Source: an uncultured Acidobacteriota bacterium (GTDB taxonomy: Bacteria > Acidobacteriota > Thermoanaerobaculia > Gp7-AA8). From it: a stretch of DNA of 64,000 nucleotides. Positions 29,508 through 37,657 of this stretch are shown piece by piece. Every line of letters begins with the position of its first letter. Position 1 is the first letter of the stretch. Location of the stretch: the NCBI GenBank assembly GCA_963741955.1, contig CAVUKB010000001.1:96001-160000 (forward strand), in the 5' to 3' direction. The notes beneath the pieces are model-generated. The model was not told the origin of the DNA and made no database searches. It saw nothing but the letters and a program-made list of their open reading frames with translations. The position numbers and the translations under genes are program-made.

Positions 29508-29666
29508 GTGGACGAGCGGCGAGTGGTGAGAGACGAGCGGTGAACGGCGAGTGGTGAGTGGCAACGGGAAGCTTCCTTTCCAGTAAACCGGGACCTTCCT
29601 TTACATCCGCTTCGGGCTTCGTCTCTCCTCCCCGACCCCTGGCCCCGAGCCTCGAGCCTCGAACCC
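29508..29666. repeat. Heptamer arrays (GGCGAGT/GGTGAGT type, then CCTCGAG type)
   Basis: Degenerate 7-mer runs at about 29508-29562 and 29630-29666. Confidence 0.65.
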
Positions 29667-29680
29667 GTCCCGGAATGAAT

Positions 29681-29710
29681 TTGCCTTTCCCGGCATTTTC
29701 CCCGTAGAAT
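29681..29710 (+). promoter_or_regulatory. rpsF operon promoter
   Basis: TTGCCT-18 nt-TAGAAT. Confidence 0.6.
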
Positions 29711-29778
29711 CGCCCGCTCGCGTCTGTCGGACGCGGGAGGATTCTGACAACCTGCATCAGTCCATCACCGGACTGGAG

Positions 29779-29825
29779 CTCCTTGGGCCTCGTCGACACG
29801 AGGCTCCGCTAAGGCCAGAAGGAGG
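29779..29825 (+). ncRNA. rpsF leader (S6:S18-binding autoregulatory RNA)
   Basis: CTCCTT pairs with the AAGGAG SD; inner stem GCCTCGT-CGAC-ACGAGGC; unpaired CCG motif. Confidence 0.7.
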
Positions 29826-29829
29826 CACA

Positions 29830-30363
29830 ATGAGGACCTACGAAGTCCTGGTCATTCTCTCTCCGCGTATGACGGAAGAGGAGATCAACAGCACCATCTC
29901 CGATCTCAAGGGAATCGCCGAGAGCACGGGTGCCACGCTCGCCACCGAGGAAGCGTGGGGCCGTCGCCGACTGGCGTACCCGATCAACAAAGTACAGGAC
30001 GGGACCTACCACCTGTTCGTTTTCGAGAGTGAGCAGGAGCTCGCCGAGCTCGACCGGCGCATGAAGAACATGGAGTCGGTGATCCGGCACATGATCGTGC
30101 GGACGGATCTCGAGCAGCGCCGCGCCGTGAAGCTCGCCAAGAAGCGGAAGCCGCGCCGTCCGGCGCCGGGAACCGCGCCTGCGGAGACCGCGACGCCCGC
30201 GCCTGCGGAAACGGCGACGCCCGCGCCTGCGGAAACGGCGACGCCCGCGCCTGCGGAGACCGCGACGCCCGCGCCTGCGGAAACGGCGACGCCCGCGCCT
30301 GCGGCCACGCCTGACGAGGCGCCCGCCTCGAAGCCTGCCGCCCCCGAAGCGGCGGCGGAATAA
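29830..30363 (+). CDS. rpsF: 30S ribosomal protein S6 with repetitive C-terminal tail
   Basis: MRTYEVLVIL and WGRRRLAYPI motifs. Confidence 0.95.
   Translation: MRTYEVLVILSPRMTEEEINSTISDLKGIAESTGATLATEEAWGRRRLAYPINKVQDGTYHLFVFESEQELAELDRRMKNMESVIRHMIVRTDLEQRRAVKLAKKRKPRRPAPGTAPAETATPAPAETATPAPAETATPAPAETATPAPAETATPAPAATPDEAPASKPAAPEAAAE
30175..30304 (+). repeat. Coding 24-bp tandem repeat (APAETATP x5)
   Basis: GCGCCTGCGGARACSGCGACGCCC five times plus a partial copy. Confidence 0.92.
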
Positions 30364-30381
30364 GGAAAGGGGGAGAAAGAG

Positions 30382-30648
30382 ATGGCTGACGATCGTTCAT
30401 CAGGTCAGGGGCGTCGACCGGGAAAGAAGAAATTCTTCTACCGCCGGAAGCGCGTCTGCAAATTCTGCGTCGAAAAGATCGAGTACGTCGATTACAAGGA
30501 CATGAAGATGCTGCAGCAGTTCATCCCCGAGCGGGGAAAGATCCTGCCGCGGCGCATCTCCGGCACCTGCGCACTTCACCAGCGCAAGCTGCAGAACGCG
30601 ATCAAGCGCGCGCGGACGATGGCTCTGCTGCCGTTCGCAACCGACTGA
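30382..30648 (+). CDS. rpsR: 30S ribosomal protein S18 (Zn-binding form)
   Basis: CKFC, DYKD and [18 protein letters not shown] motifs. Confidence 0.97.
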   Translation: MADDRSSGQGRRPGKKKFFYRRKRVCKFCVEKIEYVDYKDMKMLQQFIPERGKILPRRISGTCALHQRKLQNAIKRARTMALLPFATD

Positions 30649-30678
30649 CGCCGCGTGATCTGAGGAAAACGAAACGCG

Positions 30679-31680
30679 ATGATCGAGATCCGAGCCGGCA
30701 ATCCGCCGGTTTCCGCGACGGACGCCGGCGCCGCACGTGAGATGTGGAGCATCGTGCTCCACTCCCTCACCGCGGTGCTGATGTACGTCACGCCGTTCGC
30801 ACTCTTCGTGCCGGCGGTGTACATCCACGCCGCGCTGCGGCGGCGGCAGCGTGCCGCCGTGCTGTCGGTGATCGGATCGGCGGCGATGCTGATCGGAGCG
30901 TTCGCGTTCGGATCGGGCGGGGCGGTGAAGACGGACCAGATCGCGATGGTCGCGAGGCTGGTTCTGGAGATCGGAATTCCGTCTCTCGTCGCATCGCTGC
31001 TGATCGAGCGGGCGGTGAAGTTCGGGACCATTCTGATCGCGGCCACGGGAACCAGTGCCGCGGGAATCGTGGTCGGCGAGCTGCTCATGCGTGCGCTCTA
31101 CTCGTACTCGCCGTACGACGCGCTGATCGCGAATTTCCGGCAGGCGTCGACCGGGACGATCGAGCTGTGGCGCTCGGCCGGGATGGCGAGCGAGAGCCTC
31201 ACTGCGATGGCGCAGTTCTCCACAGCGATCGCGGGCGGCTACATGCAGTCGCTGGTGATCTCGATCTCGATCTTCACGTTCGTTTTCAGTCTGATCATGA
31301 TTCCGCGGCTCCGGGCGGGACGGATCACCGGTCCGACATATCTGTTCCGGAGTCTGGCGCTTCCCGACTGGGTCCTGCTGCTGTTCGTCGTTTCCGGACT
31401 CTCGCCGCTCGCGCACGGAGTGCTCCGTACGGTGGGATTCAACGTGCTGACGGTGGTTGCGGTGCTCTACTCACTCCAGGGGCTGGCGGTGTTCCGGATG
31501 CTTCTGGTCCGGAGCGGCGCAGGGCTTCTCGCCTCGTCGGCATTGTGGCTGGCCCTGATCGTTTTCTGCATCGCCGGAGTGGGGTTCTTCGTCCTCTTCG
31601 CCGGCGGCCTCTTTGATTCGTTCTTCGATTTCAGGCATCTGAACCGAAAGGAAGTTTCCGATGAAAGTAATTCTGACTGA
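30679..31680 (+). CDS. YybS/DUF2232 family membrane protein
   Basis: Multi-TM; QGLAV and GLFDSFFDFR motifs; between rpsR and rplI. Confidence 0.8.
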   Translation: MIEIRAGNPPVSATDAGAAREMWSIVLHSLTAVLMYVTPFALFVPAVYIHAALRRRQRAAVLSVIGSAAMLIGAFAFGSGGAVKTDQIAMVARLVLEIGIPSLVASLLIERAVKFGTILIAATGTSAAGIVVGELLMRALYSYSPYDALIANFRQASTGTIELWRSAGMASESLTAMAQFSTAIAGGYMQSLVISISIFTFVFSLIMIPRLRAGRITGPTYLFRSLALPDWVLLLFVVSGLSPLAHGVLRTVGFNVLTVVAVLYSLQGLAVFRMLLVRSGAGLLASSALWLALIVFCIAGVGFFVLFAGGLFDSFFDFRHLNRKEVSDESNSD

Positions 31681-32119
31681 CGAGATCCATGGCCTCGGCA
31701 GCCGCGGCGAGATCGTGACCGTGAAAGACGGCTACGCCCGCAATTTCCTCTTCCCGAAGAATCTCGCGCGCGCAGCGACGGCCGGGAATCTCAAAGCGAT
31801 CGAGCAGGAGCGGAAGAAGTGGGATCTGCTCGCGCAGCAGGAGCGGGAAGCCGCACAGGCTGCAGCGGAGAAGGCGAACGGGCTGAAAGTCACGGTGCAG
31901 AAGCGCGCCGGTGAGAGCGGAACGCTGTTCGGCTCCGTCACCGCGAACGAGATCGCCGACGCTCTCGCTGCGAACGGCATCGAGGTCGACAAGCGACGCA
32001 TCGAGCTGGAACACCCGATCAAGACGCTCGGCGTTCACGACGTCGAAGTGCGTCTCCATCGCGACGTGACCGCCGCGATCCAGGTCGAAGTGTTGCCCGA
32101 GAGCGAAGCGCAAGCGTAA
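31661..32119 (+). CDS. rplI: 50S ribosomal protein L9
   Basis: MKVIL..LG..VKDGYARNFL and LFGSVT motifs. Confidence 0.97.
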   Translation: MKVILTDEIHGLGSRGEIVTVKDGYARNFLFPKNLARAATAGNLKAIEQERKKWDLLAQQEREAAQAAAEKANGLKVTVQKRAGESGTLFGSVTANEIADALAANGIEVDKRRIELEHPIKTLGVHDVEVRLHRDVTAAIQVEVLPESEAQA

Positions 32120-32131
32120 GATCGCTCCTCG

Positions 32132-33202
32132 ATGAGCGATCGCTACGTGGAAGCCCCGCCCGCGGGGCTGGAAGGCTGGCGACGGGTCTGGAGCGATGAC
32201 TTGCGTTATCGCCCCGGCCGGTCGCCTCTTCGTTTTCTCGGCTCGATTTTCGAGAAGTTGTTCGGCCGCATTCTCGCTCCCGAGCGTGACCGCCAGCGCG
32301 ATTTCAACCTCGCGGTGCTGCAGTTGCTCGATGATCTGCGCGGCGACATCCGCTCGGTCGACACCACCCTGCAGCGTCTCAACCTCGATCTCCACAATCT
32401 CGCCACCGCATCCGCGAAGCGGAGTGACGCTCTGATTGCGGCGATGGATCAGAAGACCGAATCCGTTGCCAGCCGCCTTCGGGATCTCACTGCGCCGCTC
32501 ATCTCACCCGCCGCCAGCGGTTCGGTCACATTGCGTGACGATCTGGTCTACCGTCACATGGAAGACGCCCTTCGCGGGAGCCCCGCGGATCTCGCGGTCG
32601 ATCTCGCGTTCTGGGTCGATCAGGCGGGCGGCTCCGCCCCGGTGATCGATCTCGGATGCGGCCGGGGTGAGTTTCTCGAGCTCTGTCGCGCCCGCGGCAT
32701 CGCCGCGCGGGGCATCGACTCGAACGAGCGCTCCGTCGCGACGCTGCGCGAGAAAGGACTCGACGTCGCGCTCGGGCGGATCCCGGAGTGCTTCGCATCG
32801 ATGGGGGAGGCCTCCGTCGGATCGATCTTCGCCGCACACGTCGTGGAGCACCTCACATTCACCGATCTCGTGTCGCTCTTCGCCGAGTCGGCTCGCGTTC
32901 TCCGCCCCGGCGGTCTTCTGATGATCGAGACCCCCAACGCCGAATCGCTCGCCGTCACCGGATCGACCTTCTGGCGCGACCCCACCCACCTCACCCCGCG
33001 CCATCCTGCAGCCCTGACCCTCATCGCCCGGGAGTACGGATTCGCCGTCGAGCGGCTGGAGACGTCCGCTCCCCTCCCCGACCGCGACAAGCTCCACGCC
33101 TCGCCCGATGCCGCCGCGGACGTCCAGGCGATGGCCGGGCGCCTCAACGCGCTCCTCTTCGCCGACCAGAACGTGCGACTGTTGCTCCGCAAGGGACACT
33201 GA
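32132..33202 (+). CDS. Class I SAM-dependent methyltransferase with N-terminal coiled coil (glycan-associated type)
   Basis: DLGCGRGEFL, HVVEHL, ETPN and DPTH motifs. Confidence 0.85.
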   Translation: MSDRYVEAPPAGLEGWRRVWSDDLRYRPGRSPLRFLGSIFEKLFGRILAPERDRQRDFNLAVLQLLDDLRGDIRSVDTTLQRLNLDLHNLATASAKRSDALIAAMDQKTESVASRLRDLTAPLISPAASGSVTLRDDLVYRHMEDALRGSPADLAVDLAFWVDQAGGSAPVIDLGCGRGEFLELCRARGIAARGIDSNERSVATLREKGLDVALGRIPECFASMGEASVGSIFAAHVVEHLTFTDLVSLFAESARVLRPGGLLMIETPNAESLAVTGSTFWRDPTHLTPRHPAALTLIAREYGFAVERLETSAPLPDRDKLHASPDAAADVQAMAGRLNALLFADQNVRLLLRKGH

Positions 33203-33402
33203 CGCGACGCGCCGAGAAACGCAGCGCCGGATTCACGACGATCGCGCCGAGGAGCGCAGGCTCATCGCCTGCGCCTTCGTCCTTCACCCGGGCCTATTCC
33301 GCAGAAACTGGTCTCGCCCCGAACTGCGTCGCTCGAATGTCATGAGCACCGCGGTGTGGTGCGACCGTCCCGGTCGCATCGCCCGAGCGTAGCGAGGGCC
33401 AC

Positions 33403-33490
33403 CCCTCCTCACTCGCCCAACCCCAGTGCCGCAGGTTGGGTTGAGAATTGCCACGGGGGAAGGCGCTCCGCGCCGGAACCCGGAGTTCAC
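33403..33490 (-). repeat. REP-like family C, reverse degenerate copy
   Basis: Reverse complement contains CCGGGTTCCGGCGCGGAGCGCCTTC..GGCAATT. Confidence 0.65.
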
Positions 33491-33699
33491 GCGCGCGAGA
33501 TCCCCGTTTCTTTGCCTGTCTCGATCATCGAGGGGGCGCGACGCGTTCCTGGGGCGCGGGAGCCACCGCCCTGAAGAACGTCCTGCACGCGGCGTGACCG
33601 GCCGTCGCCATTCGGATTGACTCTGAGCGAGATCGGCATCGCACCGGAAGATCGACACCCGGGGCCGAATCACCGACTTGCGCGCCACAAGCGATGAAC

Positions 33700-33863
33700 C
33701 TAGGAGTCTGCGCGGTAGAAACGTCCGTAGCGAGAAAGTGGAGCAGCGAGGCCAAATTCGTTCGGATTTGAGGTTCGTAGCGGCTACTCGCCGAAAAACC
33801 GGACGGATTTGGACCGCTGATCCGTTTTCGCAGTAGGACAGTTTCCATCGCGCAGACTCCTGG
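33700..33863. mobile_element. MITE-A full copy (160-bp spacing; 3-nt internal deletion; opposite orientation to 36389)
   Basis: CTAG-GAGTCTGCGCG...CGCGCAGACTC-CTGG. Confidence 0.9.
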
Positions 33864-34093
33864 GCTTCGGACTCGCTATGATTTCCGTTGCCATCGCAGC
33901 CGTGATCTGAGTGGTTTCTCGGCCAGAAGGGAGCGACCTTCACCCGGTGGTTGAGTCGTCGCGAGCCTCCTCAGAAACTCCGTCCGGAACGGGAGCCGGA
34001 CCTAAGCCTCCGATTGCGCGATCGCTCGACCAGCGATTACCCTCGGGCGCTCGACCATGGCTGCGAGAAGGAGTAAGGCGAGACATGCGACAT

Positions 34094-34168
34094 GCGAAGG
34101 TCTGACCCCGAAGGTGACCCCGAAGGTCTTGCGAAGGTCTGACCCCGAAGGTGACCCCGAAGGTCTGA
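34094..34168. repeat. Tandem GGT(CT)GACCCCGAA repeats
   Basis: GCGAAGGTCTGACCCCGAAGGTGACCCCGAAGGTCT occurs twice. Confidence 0.8.
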
Positions 34169-34392
34169 GATCGGAGGAGATCTCGGGGATATCCGATCAC
34201 CCGCCTCGGACGCGTAATGTAGCCTGGCTTTGCGAAATGAGGTGTGGAGCGCTGGCGCCGCCGGTGGGAACGTTCGTCGGTCCCCGCTGACCGAGGACCC
34301 CCCGGGTGCGATCGCAGCCAGCTGAAGAGAGCAGGGGCCTCAACGTGGAATTCCCGGTCTGATATCATTGCTATCCCCGCAGGGAGGAGACT

Positions 34393-34626
34393 TTGGCGCA
34401 GCTGATCGTTCGTAATCTCGACGAGTCGCTCGTTCGCGAGCTCAAACAGCGAGCCGTCCGTCATGGGCGCTCGGCGGAGGAAGAGCACCGGCAGATCCTT
34501 CGGGAGGTGCTGCGTCCGAAGCGAAAGAGGCGTTCCCTCAAGGAGCTGCTGACGGCCATGCCCGAGGTTGGAGAGGACGCTGACTTCGAGCGTGCGGACG
34601 ATCGCGGGCGGACGGTCGAGCTATGA
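34393..34626 (+). CDS. FitA-like ribbon-helix-helix antitoxin
   Basis: AQLIVRNLDE..LKQRA..HGRSAEEEHRQIL; GGAGGAG RBS. Confidence 0.88.
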   Translation: MAQLIVRNLDESLVRELKQRAVRHGRSAEEEHRQILREVLRPKRKRRSLKELLTAMPEVGEDADFERADDRGRTVEL

Positions 34627-35036
34627 GCTGGCTGCTGGATACGAACGTGATCTCCGAGATCCGCAAGGGCCCGCGCTGCAATCCGGGTGTCGCGTCGTGG
34701 TGGGCCTCGGTCGCCGACGATGAAATCTTTCTCAGCGTACTCACCACGGGCGAGATCCGGCGGGGAATCGAGAGCATCCGACGAAGAGACCGGAAATCCG
34801 CGGCCGCCCTGGAGAGATGGCTCCGGCAGCTGGTGAAGGACTACTCCGAAAGGCTGCTTCCGATCGATGCGGAAATTGCCGACCAGTGGGCGCGAATGAA
34901 CGTTCCCGATCCGCTTCCGGTGATCGACGGGCTTCTCGCCGCGACTGCGAAGGTTCACGACCTGATCCTGGTGACCCGCAACGCTCGGGACGTCGAGCGC
35001 ACGGAGATTCGGGTTCTCGATCCGTTCACCGCGTGA
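34623..35036 (+). CDS. vapC: VapC/FitB PIN-domain toxin
   Basis: LLDTNVISE, DGLLAATA and LVTRNARD motifs; ATGA overlap with the antitoxin. Confidence 0.9.
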   Translation: MSWLLDTNVISEIRKGPRCNPGVASWWASVADDEIFLSVLTTGEIRRGIESIRRRDRKSAAALERWLRQLVKDYSERLLPIDAEIADQWARMNVPDPLPVIDGLLAATAKVHDLILVTRNARDVERTEIRVLDPFTA

Positions 35037-35093
35037 GCCCGAAGGTGGAGCGCTTCCGAGCCGGCGGCGATGCGAAACAGCGTCCCCACGACA

Positions 35094-35126
35094 CGCCTCG
35101 TCGAGCGTGAGGAAGACCGGGGACAC
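35094..35126 (-). pseudogene. Probable Doc-family toxin remnant (first ~11 codons)
   Basis: SPVFLTLDEA directly after the AbrB antitoxin stop; similarity ends there. Confidence 0.5.
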
Positions 35127-35129
35127 CCG

Positions 35130-35357
35130 TCACTCCGCCAGCCGACGAAAGACCCCGGCAAAACGATCATTGATCTCGTCGACCGCTTTCTTCAGTTTCC
35201 GATTGCGGGCACCGGTGCGAACGGGCGAAATGATCACCACATCGCCATAGGTGGAGATCTCGAGGTCCGTGTTCTCGTCGATCCCCGTCTGTTCGAGCAG
35301 CGGACGATCGAGGATCAGCGAGAGGCTGTTGCCGGTGCGCACCAGTCGTTTGCTCAT
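35130..35357 (-). CDS. AbrB/MazE family antitoxin
   Basis: KRLVRTGNSLSLILDR N-terminus and FRRLAE C-terminus. Confidence 0.85.
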   Translation of the reverse strand: MSKRLVRTGNSLSLILDRPLLEQTGIDENTDLEISTYGDVVIISPVRTGARNRKLKKAVDEINDRFAGVFRRLAE

Positions 35358-35626
35358 GTTCGTACGAATGCCGGAAGCCGTTCGTACCATTCCACCTCGT
35401 CCACTTCCCGCCGGTCAACTCCGGGACCGCATCGTCGCCTTCGGGATCCTCGGACCCAGTTTGTGATCTCCACCTTCCTTCAGCTTCTGACTCGGACATA
35501 CTCCTCTATCTGACCGGGACCTCCTTCGATGGAGCGCGCGCGAACGGGAACTTCGGGGCGCTCCGGGCGTTGTCTCTGTGGACGCGCGAAAGTCTGATGC
35601 CAGCTGCCCGGAGGAGAGTGCCGACG

Positions 35627-37231
35627 TTGAAGCGACCAGTCCTGGTTTCCCTTCTTCTTTTCTCGACGCTGCTGCCGATCGGTTGCGCGCACACGGCCGC
35701 AGTGAATCGAGCCGCCACCGGATCGAACGAAGCGCGGATTGCCCGAGAGCTCGACCAGTACCTGACCATTCGCTCGGAGATGGGCGCGTTCAGCGGCGCA
35801 GTCCTCGTGGTCCGCGACGGCAGAACGATCTTCAGAAAGGGCTACGGGTACGCCGACGTCGCCCGGCGAGTCCCTTTCACGCCGGAGACGCGGCACGAGG
35901 TCGCATCCGTCTCGAAGATGTTCACGGCCATGGCTGCCCTGAAGTTGCGCGACGCCGGCAGGCTCACTCTTCAGGACTCGATCTGCCTTCACCTTCCCGA
36001 CTGTCCCGCGCAGTGGAAGCCGATCACGGTCGACGAGCTGATCCACCACACCTCCGGCATCCCCGACTATGAAGAGAAGCTCGGTCTCGGCTCCGAGAAA
36101 TACATGCGGTTCATGGAGGCGCAGGACGCGTCGAAGCGGATTTTCGAGGAAGCGAAGTCGCTCCCTCTCGGCTTCGAGCCGGGTACGAAGTTCGAGTACA
36201 GCAACACCGGCTACATCGTCCTCTCGCACGTAATCGAAAACGCGGCTGGCGAGGCGTTCGAGCGCTTCGTCCGGGAGACGCTTCTCGTTCCCGCCGGGAT
36301 GAGCCGTTCGGGCGTTCTCGGCGCCGGGCCGCTTCCACCCGATCTCGCCATCGGCTACACGCACGACGACCTGGGCTGGGAGCGGACCCTAGGAGTCTGC
36401 GCGGTAGAAACTGTCCTACTGCGAAAGCGGATCAACGGTCCAAATCCGCCCGGATTTTCGGCGAGTAGCCACCGCTACGCACCTCAAATCCGAACGAATT
36501 TGGCCTCGTTGCTCCGCTTCTCGCTACGGACGTTTCTATCGCGCAGACTCCTAGCCGGCGTGCCTCTGACCGAGGAGCATCTCGAGGCGCAGCCGTTCCT
36601 TCCTCTCACGCCCCCCGAAGGAGATGCGTGGCTGTACAGTACGGTCGACGACCTCGCCCGCTGGAGCGAGATCATGGACGGCAGCGCGCTCGTTCCTCCC
36701 GCGGAGGCAGCGGAAGTGTTCACGCCGGAGCAGGACGGCTACGGCGAAGGCTGGTTCATCGGCAACGCCTTCGGTCGGCGGCGCTATCGCCACACCGGCT
36801 CGCTGCCGGGGTACACGACGGACTTCATCGAGTTCCCGGACGACCACCTGACCATCGTCGTCTTCAGCAATCTGGATCGCGCTCCGATGGTTCACATTGT
36901 CCGCAACGTCTCTCTGATCGCACTGGGGATGCCGTACGACATGCCGGTGAGGGGTAAGGTCGTGAAGTTGACTCCGGAAGAGATCGCGCCCCTGGAAGGG
37001 ACCTACAGGATGGCGGACGGGACGGAGGTCGAGATTCGTAACGAGCCGAAGTACCTCACGGCCGACGTCAAGCGGAGATATACTGCCGGCCTCATTCCAC
37101 TCTCGCCGACTCGCTTCTACATGCCCCTCGCCGATGGCATTGTGACCTTCACTCCCGGCCCGGACGAACGAGCGGAGAGCGTGAACCTCCACTACAGCGC
37201 AGAAGACCATGTAGCGCAGCGAATGAAGTAG
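35627..37231 (+). CDS. Serine hydrolase (beta-lactamase/PBP-like) lipoprotein with a 54-aa in-frame MITE insert
   Basis: SVSK, YSN and HTG motifs; lipobox-like LPIGC; start could be 35597 or 35627. Confidence 0.85.
   Translation: MKRPVLVSLLLFSTLLPIGCAHTAAVNRAATGSNEARIARELDQYLTIRSEMGAFSGAVLVVRDGRTIFRKGYGYADVARRVPFTPETRHEVASVSKMFTAMAALKLRDAGRLTLQDSICLHLPDCPAQWKPITVDELIHHTSGIPDYEEKLGLGSEKYMRFMEAQDASKRIFEEAKSLPLGFEPGTKFEYSNTGYIVLSHVIENAAGEAFERFVRETLLVPAGMSRSGVLGAGPLPPDLAIGYTHDDLGWERTLGVCAVETVLLRKRINGPNPPGFSASSHRYAPQIRTNLASLLRFSLRTFLSRRLLAGVPLTEEHLEAQPFLPLTPPEGDAWLYSTVDDLARWSEIMDGSALVPPAEAAEVFTPEQDGYGEGWFIGNAFGRRRYRHTGSLPGYTTDFIEFPDDHLTIVVFSNLDRAPMVHIVRNVSLIALGMPYDMPVRGKVVKLTPEEIAPLEGTYRMADGTEVEIRNEPKYLTADVKRRYTAGLIPLSPTRFYMPLADGIVTFTPGPDERAESVNLHYSAEDHVAQRMK
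36389..36554. mobile_element. MITE-A full copy inserted in frame in the CDS
   Basis: CTAG at 36389 and 36551 (162 bp apart); TIR GAGTCTGCGCG(G/A)TAGAAAC. Confidence 0.95.
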
Positions 37232-37460
37232 GGGCCACCTTTTGCGGAGCGTCGGTGAGCATCCCCTCGCCAGGCAGTGGGGAGGAGTCACGGCGGTCCT
37301 CGAGACGTTGGCCACGACGGGCGTCATTGCGCTGGGTGGCCTCGGGCGGTCACGCCGCGTGCAGGAGATCTCTCTCGTTTAACCTCCGGCATCGCGGGCG
37401 CGCGCCGCGCCCGCCTGGATTTCCGAGACGGGCAACAGGAATCGTCGGCGTGGGCGGGTT

Positions 37461-37556
37461 CCCCGGGTTACGGCGCGGAGCGCCTTCACCCGGGGCAATT
37501 GTCAATCGCGCCTACGGCGCTGGAAGTTGCGCGAGTGGGAATGGGGGTCGCTTCGT
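37461..37556 (+). repeat. REP-like family C
   Basis: GGCGC-GGA-GCGCC and GCGCC-TAC-GGCGC hairpins; close match to 42686-42780. Confidence 0.8.
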
Positions 37557-37657
37557 CGTGAAGGTCCACCAAAGTCCTGCACGGATGTCGCGGGGCCGTG
37601 ACGGGAGACGATCTTCCCGCGGACACTCCTCTGGTATCCTTGCCCGCGGAGAAAACC

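Noticed and set aside
35627-37231. Intein or intron in the serine hydrolase
   Set aside because: The insert has TIRs, CTAG flanks and intergenic copies, and lacks intein C/S...HN termini or group I/II features
35627-37231. Bona fide beta-lactam resistance gene
   Set aside because: SxxK/YxN/HTG motifs are shared across the broad serine hydrolase family; specificity cannot be read from sequence
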